NCBI GenBank assembly: GCA_010015805.1
Contig: ML978139.1
Coordinates: 1-64,000, forward strand
Length of the DNA: 64,000 nt
From: Rhizodiscina lignyota
Taxonomy: Eukaryota
Reading direction: 5' to 3'
Below the pieces are notes generated by a model. It made no database searches. It saw only the letters and a program-made list of their open reading frames with translations, and was not told where the DNA came from. Each line of letters begins with the position of its first letter. Position 1 is the first letter of the stretch. A program made the translations under genes and the position numbers. Of this stretch, positions 1 through 13,169 are shown in pieces.

Positions 1-430
1 TATACTCCTTGGAATGGATGGCCGTGCTTTCCCAACCGAGAGAAAATGAAATTGCGCCTTCTGTGTACGGCACTGCCAAGAGAAGTTCAGGCAGATTTGA
101 CGAGTCCAATTGGGTTATGGTGTATTTGAGGAGTGCTACCTACTTTCAAAATCTTACAGGCCGAGCGAAGGTTGTCCAATAGGATGGGATGGCGCTGCAG
201 CAGATTGAGCAACATACAAACCGATAACAAGCAGGCTATGGCTTAGGAGAAAATGATCCAGAGTGCATTACTGTTCAATTTTCTCTCCCGTCACTTCCTA
301 TATTAGAATTACCTAGGGAGATGATATCATAAGGACAATACTCCGTACCAACAATAGGTGGTGGTTGGTTATAGAGCACAGGCCATGATTGATTTTGATA
401 TTGTCGGGACATCTTCGGCTACGACAATAG

Positions 431-441
431 CGCCCCACGCC
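431..441 (+). promoter_or_regulatory. GC-rich CGCCCCACGCC motif upstream of RRN3; contains CCCCAC, the reverse complement of the SYGGRG CreA/Mig1-type box
   Basis: Seen directly. A near-identical CGCCCCGCGCC lies upstream of RCL1 (59588-59598). Function is inferred. Confidence 0.25.
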
Positions 442-569
442 AAAAATTAGTCCTCCACATGCACACGACACTTCTGACTTTCACTACTCGTCACCACGAA
501 CAAACTCATACTCACTTCTTTGCCCATACACATTCCCTCAACCCCAAATGGTTGTTGCACTTTAATACC

Positions 570-2549
570 ATGGCAACTGTCGCTATCAAATCGCCCAGCG
601 CGGGCGTGATGGCGACTCCTCCAGCGACAGACCTAAAACGCAAGCGCGTCGAGCCCGAAAGCAGTGGCCTCGACGACACCATTACGTCCAGCCAGATCCT
701 GTCAAGTCCCACCAAGCGACTGAAAGTCACCTTCAACCCCGAGATAGATGTGCGCGTTGTAGAAGACTGGCGAGACAAGGCTATCGGCCTCGTACGCGAA
801 GAAGTTAGAACTGGCATCGACGGCCACATCACCGGAACCAACAGCGCGAGATACGATCAGATCAAACAATTCTTTGCGGCGAGCCCATCAGCGAAAGATG
901 CTCTATCATCTCGACTATTACGCAAATACCTTATTGCTCTCATCGGATGCATTCGGTCATTGGACAAACGATGCAATGGACTTGTTCACGCGGTGGTGGA
1001 CAGTGCGTGGCTTGAGCGCGATGACGAGTTCATCGCGATGTATCTTCGCTTGTTGGGGGCTCTGGTCTCTGCACATGGCGGCTACATTCACGAAGTACTT
1101 TCAATGCTGGTCAGCAAATTCACATCACTCTCGTCACCAGAAGACGAACTCCAGGATCAAGCTTCCATTGAACGCCCACGAGTATTCGACCGCGTTCACC
1201 AGGCCCTCAAATACCTCAACACTCTCATTCCCTCTGCGAGCGCAACGTTATTCAAAGTTCTTGCCGACTCGTTTCCATATTCCACGAGTTCCAAACAAGT
1301 ACACATCGACTTCGTCTCGAACATGTTGCGAATCCCTTCGTATGCGCCGGAAATGCGCAATGGTATACTTGGTCTGGCGATTGATAGGGTGGTCAAGATC
1401 GACGTCCAACTTCAGAAAGATGCAGAGTTTCTACAAGACGAATTCGACACAATCATGCGCCAGATCATACAAAAAAGGCAGGAAAAGCTTCGGAATAACG
1501 GTGAACTGAGTGATCCAGAGGACTCAGATGATAGTGACGACGAATCTGAGGATGAATTCGAGCTGGACACCGACGAGAAGCGCATCATCCATCTGAAAGA
1601 ATCTGTCCACAAACTCGATGAACTTATGGATTTGCTCTTCAACTTTTATCATCCTATCTTCACGAAAGGATCGAACTTCGAAATCGACGAGGCCTTTGAC
1701 CACATGATGACACAGTTCAAGCGAACTATTCTCCCGGTTTTTCAGGCACGCTATACCCAATTTCTCATTTTCCATTTCGCGCAATCGAGCCCGCGCCTCA
1801 TGGATCGTTTTGTGGCAACATGTCTCGATGTCCTCACGGATCCAACTCGACCGGATTATATCCGACTCGCTGCAGCATCTTATGTCGCTAGCTTCGTCTC
1901 CCGGTCTAAACGCGCCTCATCAGACATCGTCCTACATACTGTGAGGTATCTGTGCATCGATCTTGAGTCCTTTCGAGACAAACACGAGCACCACAACAGT
2001 GTTGCCGACCCTCATCGCTTCCCCACATATTACTTCATAGCACAAGCGATCATTTACATTTTCTGCTTCCGCTGGCGAATGTTCATGGATCTTGACGAGG
2101 ATGAGGACGACGAATTCATCGAGAACGTTGTCTTCGGGTACGAACGCCCGCGCTGGATTTCTCCAATGAGACAACTTATTACCCGGAACATCTGTTGCCG
2201 ACTGAACCCTCTGAAGGTGTGCGCACCAGAGATTGTCGAACAATTCAACAAGCTGGCTACCGCCCTGCAATTCACGACGGCGACATCTTTGATTGCGGCA
2301 AACAAGCGACTTCGAATCTCACGACCAACGGTGGAAGCGATCGCTGGATATGGCGCGAGGGAAGCAGGAATGTCGGGTGGTTTGAATGAGATGTTTCAGC
2401 TAGAAGCGTTCTTCCCATTCGACCCGTATCACCTCCCGCAAAGTAGGAAATGGCTGGAATCTGACTATATCGAGTGGACCCCGCCGCCAGGCGTTCAGCT
2501 GGATGTGGATGAGGAGGACGAGCGGGAGACAAGCGAAGAACGGCATTAA
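570..2549 (+). CDS. RRN3: RNA polymerase I-specific transcription initiation factor RRN3
   Basis: Intronless ORF with RRN3 hallmarks (VKIDVQ, KLDELMDLLF, QFLIFHFAQ, QAIIYIFCFRWR, LNPLKVC, FFPFDPYHLP). The ATG at 570 (ACCATGG context) is preferred over the upstream in-frame ATG at 459. Confidence 0.95.
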   Translation: MATVAIKSPSAGVMATPPATDLKRKRVEPESSGLDDTITSSQILSSPTKRLKVTFNPEIDVRVVEDWRDKAIGLVREEVRTGIDGHITGTNSARYDQIKQFFAASPSAKDALSSRLLRKYLIALIGCIRSLDKRCNGLVHAVVDSAWLERDDEFIAMYLRLLGALVSAHGGYIHEVLSMLVSKFTSLSSPEDELQDQASIERPRVFDRVHQALKYLNTLIPSASATLFKVLADSFPYSTSSKQVHIDFVSNMLRIPSYAPEMRNGILGLAIDRVVKIDVQLQKDAEFLQDEFDTIMRQIIQKRQEKLRNNGELSDPEDSDDSDDESEDEFELDTDEKRIIHLKESVHKLDELMDLLFNFYHPIFTKGSNFEIDEAFDHMMTQFKRTILPVFQARYTQFLIFHFAQSSPRLMDRFVATCLDVLTDPTRPDYIRLAAASYVASFVSRSKRASSDIVLHTVRYLCIDLESFRDKHEHHNSVADPHRFPTYYFIAQAIIYIFCFRWRMFMDLDEDEDDEFIENVVFGYERPRWISPMRQLITRNICCRLNPLKVCAPEIVEQFNKLATALQFTTATSLIAANKRLRISRPTVEAIAGYGAREAGMSGGLNEMFQLEAFFPFDPYHLPQSRKWLESDYIEWTPPPGVQLDVDEEDERETSEERH

Positions 2550-3416
2550 GGAGATATTGCGGCTACGGAAAAGTTTGGGGCATCACGGATCTTGTGTCGT
2601 TTTCGTTGCTCTATTGCAGAGCATCTATCTAGGTAGCATTACCGCACCAATATCATGGTCTGACTACCACACATCGAGCTATAAATGTGCACAATCACCT
2701 AAGTGAAGACAAATCATGCTTATCGAAGCTGTATAACGGTCATAAACACTGGCTAGGTTATATCTTACGAAACTTTCAGCAATGCTCTCGATTCGATCAA
2801 AGAGCGATGCTGGCTTTTGCTGCGCTCTTCCCAGTTTCCTCAATTCCGACAACATGCGGACATGCCTCAAATCGTATCACCCTGGCTTTAGTACATGGTA
2901 CCTGGATCCAGCGCAATAGTTAAATTGGTTAATGCCCATTCTCCACCACATTGCCCAATACGGAGTTTCGAAACCCAGTGCCCGTGCGTGGCTAGGCCCC
3001 CCTAGTCGGCGTGTCGTGACGTCTCCACCTGTGAAACATCGACTCCTTACACCACCAGCCCGCCACACATCCACACGTTCGACGTGTTTCGACTCTCCAT
3101 CTATACGTGTTTGATCGTTTCGTTTACCGTCTACGCGCCTTGGAAGTACCATGAGATTTGCCAGGGACTTGGCTTAGCGTTTGAGATGACTGCCATGTCC
3201 AAGATTCGGCGCCCAGCGCTGCTACTGTCCGCGGCATTGACAGCATTGATCTTTTTGTTTCTGAACCATGCTTGTCTCACCAATCATGCTTGCTATCGCA
3301 TCTGTTTCGACCGCAGTTTCTCACGCGTTTTCTTGGACAGCGTTGAGTATATGAGATGGCCATATCATGCCGGGCATGATTCTGCAGCGTCCTTTTCCGA
3401 CTCGCAGTCATTCATT

Positions 3417-5082
3417 ATGAAGTTGATGCAATTTAGTCCTCTTTTTGCTTCTCCTTACGGCCCTATATCCGAAGCGCAGGCGCCTCAGACGGCCAGTAAT
3501 AGTCTTTCAATACCTAGTCAAGCACCGTCAGGTGCTGCTGTAGTAGCTAAAGACTTAATTTCCCTTTCGATTGAGTTTAGACATCTGCCGAAATTCACAG
3601 GTACTACCGTCTGCAGTCTCTGCAGAGCAATAGCTGACATGAGCGCAAGGCAACATTTCCCATCCAAATTATTTTTCAAGGAATCTCCTCCAGAACCTGA
3701 AAGATGCAACCGGCTCGTTTCCTCTCGTTCGAGTCGGAGGCTCAAGTCAGGATGACGCCTTCTATAACTCCACGCAAAAAGAAGCAGAGGTAGATCTACC
3801 TACGCCTCCTGATGCGCAATACCCGCCGGCAAGCTGTGGAGCCAGCTTTTTCGACTCCTACACTCTCTGGCCGGACGTGCAATTCACAGCCGGCATCAAC
3901 CTCGCATCCAACGACTCGGAAAGCCTCGAGAAGTTCACCGAGCTATCCTGCAAAGCCCTAGGAAGTAGATTAGTTATGTGGGAGGTCGGCAACGAGCCGG
4001 ACTTCTACGAGAACTTCAAGCGCCGCAAGCCTGGAACGTGGAACATCGACGACTACGTCGAGACGTGGCAGGGCCATTCCGCCGCCGTACAGGAGCAAGC
4101 TGCGAAAACTTGCCCTTCTCTTGCAGACACCGGATTCTATGGGCCTTCGATAGGCACCGTCTCCTCTAGTCCAGACAGTTTCACCGACGTCGCCGCCTTC
4201 GCCAAGGGCATCAACAAGAACTCAAAGACGCAGATCAAGCAGATCTCAACGCACTCGTACATGGGCATTGCAGACTCCAACACATCTCCCTCCATCCTAC
4301 AACGTAATCTGATGAATCACACTGCCGTCATGCATCACATTGGCAACTACGTGAGCCTGCGCTCTGCGCTGTCCAAGTACGGCGACCTTCCCTTCACCAT
4401 CGGTGAGGGCAACTCGCTCGCAGGCGGCGGGGCCGGAGGCATCAGCGACACCTTCGGCGCGGCTCTGTGGGTCGTTGACTACGCATTGTATATCGCGTCT
4501 GTTGGTATCAAGCGCGTGCACTTCCACCAGTCGGATTCTGCACCATATAATGCGTGGATCCCGGGCCACGGTTCTGAATTGCCGGTCAAGACATGTGCGC
4601 CCTACTACGGCAAGCTCCTGGCGGCGAGACTCATCGGGATCGAGGATGGCATCCAAGTCATCAACCCGGATATTCCCGGCACAGACGGGCTGGAGAGTAT
4701 GTACGTCGCATACGACTCGTCCGGGCCGAAGCGGATCGCCATCTTAAACATGAAGCAGTGGAACTCGGTCGACACGGGCACGAGACCGACCAGAAAGTAC
4801 ACTGTTGAGCTTCCAGCCGATGGGAATTGGAATGTTTCGGCTCATTGGCTGCAGGCTAAAGGTGCGGAGCTGAAGGACGGTATCACGTTTGGAGGCGATT
4901 CGTACGACTTCGACGCGGACCATGGCAAGCCTGCCGTGGCGAAAGATGATGTGAAAGCCGCTGACACTGGTGTCACTATCGACGGCAACAAGCTCACCGT
5001 TGAGCTAGATGATTCGGAGGGCGTCCTGCTCGATCTGACCGATGGAGGGGGGTATATCGCCAAGACCCCTAGCACCACGTGA
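3417..5082 (+). CDS. Glycoside hydrolase family 79 (beta-glucuronidase-like), 2 exons
   Basis: Exon 1 (3417-3600, ...DLISLSIEF...) splices over intron 3601-3649 (GTACTA..GCTGAC..AAG) into GNISHPNYFSRNLLQNL...PLVRVGGSSQD. This is followed by WEVGNEPD (acid/base), IGEGNS (nucleophile) and GISDTFGAALWVVDY. The start may lie further upstream (3186/3195). Confidence 0.9.
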
Positions 5083-5550
5083 GCACCGGCTGCTTGTTAA
5101 TGAAATGATATCTTTTGTGTAATGTCTGTAAATAGTTTTTGAAAGATTTGATCATCTTCTTGCGTTAGATATATATTCACATCTCGGAAGGGGCAACTGC
5201 CTCCCAGGGCGTCGCGCCTCAGCATAAAAAAATATTGTACAAAGATTCGCGTCCATCATCGCCTCTCGTGGTATCCTCCGTTTTCCTTCTCCGGTCATAG
5301 ACACTATATATAGAAATGATCATCCACATCGTCAGAGACGTCGTCAGGAAGGAAATCGCTTAAGGAAAAAAAAGAGAAAACGTCTCATCCTAGCCAGGAT
5401 GAGGGGGATATCACGCGGTAAAGAGAAATCGCTCCAAAAGACGATTCAAATGACAAAGATCCAACGTGACAGTGGGAAAATCCAGCCATGCAGCCCATAT
5501 AATTGGTCCGTTGCATCCTGTACAAAGCATATGCCACTTAGAGTAGTGTT

Positions 5551-7756
5551 TCAGTCGTGTTGAAAGCGCACGGAGCGGCTCTCGCTACCACTGCTGCTCT
5601 CTCCACGTCGTCCAAGGTTCGGTCGACTGAAGTTCGGCGATGTTATCGGCGGCGACATTGTTCGTGAGGATGATGGGTCTGGAGGTGCTGGAGGTTGTTG
5701 CTGAAGTGCTTGCTCTGCAAGCGGCAACTGTGGCTGTGATGCGCGAGGAGTAACACGCGGAGTGGATCCGCCGGGCGTGCTCGCATGTGAGATATGTGAC
5801 GGCGGAGTAAAGTATCCGCTCGCGGTAGTCGTGGTGATAGTGTCAGCTGTAAGCAAGCCGCCGATGTCTTGGAGACTCATAGGACTACCGGGTGGTTGGG
5901 AGATATGAGGTGAAGGGATACCCATAGGTGGATGGACGACAGGAGCAGAGCGAGCTGCCGCCAGTGGGTTCGCTGATACGCGTGAGCCTGATGAGTGTCG
6001 AGTGCTCATGGCAGGCCGTGAAGTCATTTCGTGCTCCTCTACTTCGCTCAGCGGCGCCGACGGTCGTGAAGAACTAGCTGAGGTAGGGAGGAGGATCCCA
6101 CCTAAGCCGGAGAGGAGAGAGCGCGAGCCTCGTCGTGGACCCCCAGTGAGAAGGTCGGGTTGTTGATTGCTATGCATGAGGTTATTCAGGTTCGTAGGCG
6201 TCGGAGACGGTACCATGGTCGAACTCGAACGGCGAGAATGGGGGCTGCTATTCAAGAGGCCCCCAATATCAAAGAAGGATGTGTTTGATGTTGGATGCTC
6301 GATACTCAAATGCCTTGGACTAGGAATTGAGTCATCTAGCGTGCGAGGGCTCATCACGCCGCCGTTTTTATATTGTTTGAATTCAGAGTCTTCGCTTTCG
6401 CGGCTGCTGTCGCTGGGGCCATGTGGGAATTGCCAGTCCCGGGTATTGATCGGTGTCATATCGCTATCCTCTCGCTTGTGCATCGAATTCGGAAGAGGAT
6501 TAACAGGTCCTGCAGGTCGGGGCTCGCTCACTCGGTGGCATTGTAATTCTGGATCAAGTCGATAACCCATGTCAGCGACGAGATCTTCGTCACTTCCCCA
6601 GTGGCGATTCGCGATAGTGGGTCGACGGGTCGACGACTTGTCCATGGAATCTGTTATACTGCCAAACTTGTATTTCTTCGCTTTCTTCAGTCCTCTGTCT
6701 CGCACGAAAGACCCGAGGACTACTGCATTCGATACTGCTGCCGCCGCAAGAATCTCGGAACTTGCCCACACAGTCCGATATTGCTGTCGACCTTTGTGTG
6801 CGATGACAGCCGGAACTCGATAAGCGGTGATTACAATGAGCAGGACGGATAGCGAGAAAAGTAATGTCAGATTGACCTTGCGTTTGACAGGCATCGCCGA
6901 AGCCAGAATGACAGGTATAGGGAACCCGACAATCAGGAGATCAGTAGTCATGTCCGCAACGCCCATTGTAATCTACATAGTTCAACGTTAGCGCCAACAG
7001 AACGATGGAAGCAATCAATGATGGATTTACCAGTTGCGCAAAGGCCTGCCGACACTGTGGACCCGGATCGGGTACGACCTGCCAGTAGTGCGTAATGGGA
7101 TGGCATTCAGCGATCGTCGCTATCAGGACAGCACAAAAGGTGAGAACGAGGTAGTACTTGATAAAGCGCATGCCCCGTTCGAAACTCTTTTTCCAGAATC
7201 TGCTTCTAGTTCAGTAGTTGGCTTTTGAACAAGGTGCGCATCCCGTACCTTTCTGTCAATCTCTTAAGAAACTCCAAAACTGTGAACTTTGCTATCCAAA
7301 TGCTGTACGAAGCGTTAGCAGTGCAACAAAAGGATGAATAGATTCCCACAACGTACTACATGGCGTAGAAGATCCTCGCACCGAGGACAAGACGTGACCC
7401 GATCGAGCGATTATGTAGCTCCGTCGCGCTCGCAGTTGACGAAACCAACGCGTTGTTTGTTCCCCATATCAGAACCACGTGTATAAGGGCCATTCGCGCA
7501 AGGAGAGGTAGGATGGAAAAAGCCATGATTTTATCTTCGCGGAAGAGCATGTCGTTCCGAACAAGTCTTCCTCCGAGTCGCACAAGAATGATGACGAGAG
7601 CGAACATCGAACACCACCAACTAAGCAACATGATTAGCATCAGATATAACTTTCATCTTCCAGTCTGCCATACCTATAAAGTAGAGTTGGTATGTCCTCA
7701 TCTTTCGTGCGCGCTGCGGGCGGGATGTCGCTGTATATTCCTCGTGGGAGTAGCAT
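5551..7756 (-). CDS. PTH11-like / fungal rhodopsin-domain integral membrane protein with a long disordered C-terminus, multi-exon
   Basis: Spliced N-terminus MLLPRGIYSDIPPAARTKDEDIPTLLYS|WWCSMFALVIILVRL (intron 7673-7621). TM segments, a TIAECHPITHYWQVVPDPGPQC loop, TDLLIVGFPIP and a WASSEILAAAAVSN motif follow. Further introns lie near 7356-7303 and 7024-6974. Confidence 0.85.
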
Positions 7757-10435
7757 TTTGGCGAACGCGCTTGCGCTCACCACCTCCGAAGAGGGGCAGC
7801 GGAGGGTAGGACTCTGTCGTCTCCGATATGAGGTGTTAAGTTATCACTATGGTCTCCGTCGAAGTTGGTGTCGTGTGCTTTGGTTCGGAGGTCTTCGCGC
7901 TCGGTCCTCCACAAGCATGGCTCGCATTGACGGCAAGGCCCACGTATGTATTTGATACTCGAGAAATACTTGCGATTGGCCTTTCCAGGGCGAATTTACT
8001 GGTCGTCGAAATCGATTTCGGGTTTCGGTCGCATCGTCCGTCGAGTAGAGCGTGTGAAAGGCAGCGAATGTGTGTCGGAGAAGCGCTGAAGAAAGATGGG
8101 TGAGAGGAGGAAGTAATGTCGGAAATCAGCCCACGACGGGGAGAAGCAGTGAAGGATGCGAGGATCTTGGTACTGTTAGGCTGGGAGGGTGGGCAATGAC
8201 CGCCTACTTGCTCGATATGGCTGGGCTAGACCAGGGCCAGTTATCGCAATCATCAGCTTCTGGTTGCGAGGCAGGCCTCGAGTCACTTCGGGGCCGCAGA
8301 TGGGCTGAGAGCTTGGCTGGCCACGCTTCGATAGCGGCGCGCTGCTGTGTGCTGCGATATGCGCTATGCAGTACCGGACCGGTACGGTCGTCCCTTTTGC
8401 CGCCGCGGGTGGTCTAAGGGTCGGAAGGGGTGTCACGATGATGATAAGGACCAAGCCGCAAAAGCTTCCTTCGGATTGATGTCTCCAGACTCGAACCCCG
8501 CGAGCGAGAGTCTTTCGAATGCGAACCGCCAATAATAGGTCGAATCAATCCGAACTTGCGGCGATATTCCTGCGGCTGTCTGAAAGGGGGACACAGATCT
8601 ACGAGTGCTGCATGCTATACAATATTGGCGAGCCCTTTGCCTTACCTCTGCCCGTATCAGTTACAGTCGGACTCGGTCTGGCCAGAATCATGACCGTAGC
8701 TGGAACCTGCAGCAAAAGTGTTTCGAGCGCGGCGAGTGGCTGGCAAATGGCACTGTTTGCTGCTCAATCTTACGCCCCGGATCCAGCACCGTCGTCAGCA
8801 AGGAGCCGAGTGAGGTGCCACTGATAACGCTCCTCCGGTAAGTCGCAGAGGGACCGCAGAGGGACAGCAACTGTGCATGCGGGCGTACGCAGATCAATCG
8901 GTCCCCTTCGTCCCCACGCGAACGTCCGGAAAGGTCCACTTTACGAATGCAATCACGCGAAACCATTACGGACCGTACAGATGTACCAAGGACTGCGGCA
9001 ATTCCAATTTGGCCTCCAAAACGTGTACTCGGCCTTCATCGCGACATGTAGACGGCCATTGGAAACAAGTCACTTTGCGACGCGCCGATTGGCGCCCTGA
9101 GGCTTGACCGTCTCAACTTCTCATGTCTTGCATGTGAACAACCTGGCAAGCTGCCAAACTGTCGCGCCAGCAGAGTTAAGCAGCGGCCAGCGCGCCCCTA
9201 GGCGAACCAGGCGCTGGGGACATCGCCTTCCGATGCCAACGGTCAGGAGTCCCGAGGCATGGATGCGACATGGGGCCAACGTGGTTTGGCTTGGTTGTCG
9301 CTTCGCATCCGGCGCATGAGATCCGTCATCAAGTTAGAGGCCATGGTTAGCCGAAACGTCGCAGGTCTGGTCCAAGCTGAAGCTGAGAGTTGCTATTGGG
9401 AGACCTTATCCTGACTTCATATAAGGTGGTTGGGTCTTGATTGTGAACTGAAGCGAGGTGGCAACTGACTCTCCTCCAACAAGTTGAACAGTCTTGTGCC
9501 TCTTCGTTCTGAATGTTGATAGTAGGGAAGAGCCATGCCGGAATCCTTCGCATGCTGCCTCGTACCTGCTGACCAGGCTTCCTAATGTGCTTGCTAAACG
9601 ATGTGTTTCATAATCTGCTTCTCCGCCAAGTACCTCGGGTGCCTGATACAAAGCGGGCCGGCCGATAAATGTTGCGATTCAGTACGGGGTACTTCTTTGC
9701 GTACGATGAAACACTTCTTTCAAGATGAGGAGGCTTAGGACACTGACGTGGCCTCGACCATGACGAAGGTCGCTTCAATGAAGTCTGGGACGATGATAAG
9801 GTTTGAATGGCTGCTTGAAGTGGCCATTATGCTTTGTCCTCTTGCTTCTCCTGTCACCGCTAGATTCCTTCGGTGCTCCATCCTTGCAAACTGCGAGTTC
9901 CTTTCATCAGGATCATTTTCGTGCTAGAGGCTTCCTCAAGACTCAACTTCTACGGCCTTCTTCCGTCGCCTTCCGATTGAGTCGCTTTCGTGGTCTTAAG
10001 TTATCCAGGACGAGTTCGATTGCGGGGTTTGATGAGATATGGCACGCTGGATGAATTGATGCTGAGACTCCAGAACCGAAATCGTGGGCTTGGCGACAAA
10101 ATACCTACATGCTTGTTCGAAGTAATGTCGAGCACTAGCTGAATCCAGGCAGAGTGTCGAGGCCTGTTTCTGCCCTGCGCGTCTAGCACCAATTCAATTT
10201 AAGGGGGAACGTTTGCAGCCTGCTTGTCGTGTACCGCTCAAGCATCAGTGTAGACATTGACGGGATCCACTCAAGCGCCGCGTGTAGACTTGTAAAATTT
10301 CTATGCTTCATGTTGAAAGGTTACACTTCCGATTCCGCCTCAGATATTGCATATAGCCACGAGCAAATGCCAATCAAAACGCCGTCGCAATGCCTCAATG
10401 CACCTGTTACTCACAGTAAATGCACCACTCCGACA

Positions 10436-12492
10436 TCATTGCTGATCCACCGTCCATCTCCTCTTCGGCATGCCTCCCCCACCTGGGACAGAGCCCCAAA
10501 GGCCCTGACTTGCCGACCTCCCCATCGTAGGCGCCAGAGGGCGCGGCTCGTCTTTACTCTCGCCATCAGACTCATCCGCTGCAGCACCAAGATTGAAGCT
10601 CGCATCCACAGGACTATTCTCGACATCAGACAAACCATATAGCGTTGCAGGCGTAGTGGCGGTCGCGGGCGTCGTCGCTGAGCCAGTAGTAGTAGGCGTT
10701 CTACTCCATAGTCCTGTGATAGAACCAGACCTCGACTGATGTTCTCGGTCACGCTCGCGCTCACGCTCACGCTCTGCACGACGATTTGGACTGGGTGATG
10801 CCCAACGTCGAGAAGATGTAGCAGTCGTAGTGCTACGGCGCATACTACCGAGAGCTGCACTCACGCTCTTGCTGCCTTCTGTTCCGAAGCCAACTCCAAG
10901 TTCAAGGAGATTACTAGCTGCCTTTGGCGGACGGACCTTGGTGGGATCAATGCCAGCGCGGAGATGCTCGGTCGAGGCGATGAGCTTCATCTCGTAGGCG
11001 TTCGAGAGGCCAAACTCGACTGAGGACCGTCGTCGCTTAACGAGGTCGATTTCGGTGTGCACCGTGTTGGCACGAGACGGGATGGATGGTCGCTGCTGTT
11101 GCTTACGGACGGCTAAAGTGAGGGAGGCCATGCCGACGTCAAGCAGGACAGGCTGGTTTGTGAGCGCACCGATCAGAGCGTTACAACCAGCGCCGTGCGT
11201 GACAATTACAAGCACAATGTCTTCCTCTTCGCTCTCTTCTTTCTTCTCTGAGCCGTATTTGTCTTCCTCCGAGGGATAGGCAAGTGGATGCTCATCCAAC
11301 GTACTGTCAACTCCATGCGCTCTGTACCACTCGATCATCTTCTGGAAACCTCTCCGAATCCGCTTGTGCATGGAACTCCATTCCTCGCCAAGTTCACCAC
11401 CGTCGCCCCAGTCCTGGGGAGCTCTCATACTATCCCACTGAAAATCAATGTCCACGCATGCGTCACGAGCATGTGCGACATAGCCAGCAGGAATCGTCTC
11501 CGTAGATGCTACGGCGTATCTTGGAACCGGTGCGACATAAACTCCACCATCTGCACTCGAGGTAAGTCTATCGGCCCTGTTTGATTTCCGACTCGATCGG
11601 CTTGTTGCACTCTCAACACTGCTGACACTGCCTGCTCTCTCGCGACGGGGAATTGCCAAATCCGTGGGGAGCGATCCTGCCAAGTACTTACTAGCCGGTG
11701 GTTTGACAGTTACCGTATTTGATCTTGTCCATCCTCCGGGAAAATTGCCTCGACTAATCTCTATTGCTGAGCTCACATCAATGGGTTCACCCCGACGCAG
11801 TAAATCAGCCTTCGCCCCCACAACCATCGTCGCGGAATTCGGAGGCGGCTCCATATCCTCAAAGTACTCCGGGTTCCTCCATTCACCCAAAAGTGCGTCA
11901 ATTCGCAGGAGAGGCTTCCGTGAATTTTCCGCGTTGTTGCGGGAATCGAATCCCGATGGTGCGGCATAGTCCCGAATAGAAGTTTGAGTAGGGCTCATAC
12001 CCAGCGAAAGCTCCGCAAGCTGTGTAGCAGTCGAGCCTCGTCGTGACGATTGTCTGGGCTTTGCCGCTGCGATGCCAGCACTGATTCCAACCGACGTCTG
12101 AATGCATCTCAAGAACGGAGAGGAGTGGATGACCACCCTGTGCTTCCTTGAGCTGCTAACTTTGTCCTTTCCTTTCAAGCCACCCAGAACCTCCAACCCC
12201 ATGTCCCCGTTGTTTCCAGTCTCTTTCACAACATCAAGGCCATTTGTATCTAGTAGTCCCTCCTCACGCAAGCGCAAGAGACTCGCGATCCTCGCGCCAA
12301 GCGCCTTTGACTGATTCCAACCACCATACGTCAGAGGAGGGTCATATGGAGTCGTCGAAGAAAGATGCCACGCCCTGTCGGCCGCATCAAGTCGTGCACC
12401 GTGCCTGTGAGACTGTCAGCGTCTGCCCTGTCGTGTAAATGCATGTGAAATGCGTACCTCACGACAATGATTACCGCTGGGCCAGGAGCCAT
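10436..12492 (-). CDS. Histidine phosphatase / phosphoglycerate mutase family protein, 2 exons
   Basis: MAPGPAVIIVVR|HGARLDAAD...YDPPLTYGGW, with the RHG motif split by an intron near 12457-12405. Also HSSPFLRCIQT, LGEW and VTHGAGCNALIGAL. Confidence 0.9.
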
Positions 12493-13169
12493 GATGTTGT
12501 TGAGTGAGCCCTTGCGCAATGGCAGAGCGAGCAGTATGGGCTTAACATGGAGCCTTGTGAATCAGGTGCATCGTCGGTCGAGCCATTGGACGTTTTGGTG
12601 ATAAATCAGGCGTTGAAGAGATGGGACCTAGAGTGTTGAAGTCTGCATGTCATGTGGGACAGGTGGGGCTCGAGAGCACGTTTTACATTGCCGCGGGGTG
12701 GAGCAGCCAAAATACCCTTTCGATCGACACCCTTGTCTGTGCAGGGACGTACCTAGCCGCGGTTGGGTGAGCACCTGACTTTCGGGGCCGCCGTACCTGT
12801 GAGAGCGAATAAGCATTTAACGTAGTGCCTACCTTGCTTGGATGAGTGAATATGAAAGATTGAGGATTTCCTTCCTACGCACATGGGCCTTATCACACAC
12901 ACAAGAGACGCAAACCATTGTGCTCCATCCACCGAGGCAATGTGAGGAACCATCTGGCTTGCGCCCTAGTCTGGCGCAATGGCGCCTCAGAACTCCGTAT
13001 GCTCCATTTTTCGTCCGCTCGGCGACTTCTCATCGCATTGCTGAACTCCTGGGGAAGCTCAGTTCATGATGGTATGCGAATTTTCGATTCTTCCCTTCTA
13101 GGACAACCTTTCTGACTTTCGTTCTCAGATGAGAGCAGCAATTTAGGCCTAGAAGCAACCTCGTCGAGT

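Noticed and set aside
459..569. His/Thr-rich 37-aa N-terminal extension of RRN3 from ATG 459
   Set aside because: The composition reflects a CA/CT-rich 5' UTR. The ATG at 570 has better context and there is no targeting-like signature.
7800..10400. Many 60-120 aa ORFs in the long intergenic region
   Set aside because: No motifs or coherent splice signals; most likely the promoter and UTR of the PTH11-like gene.
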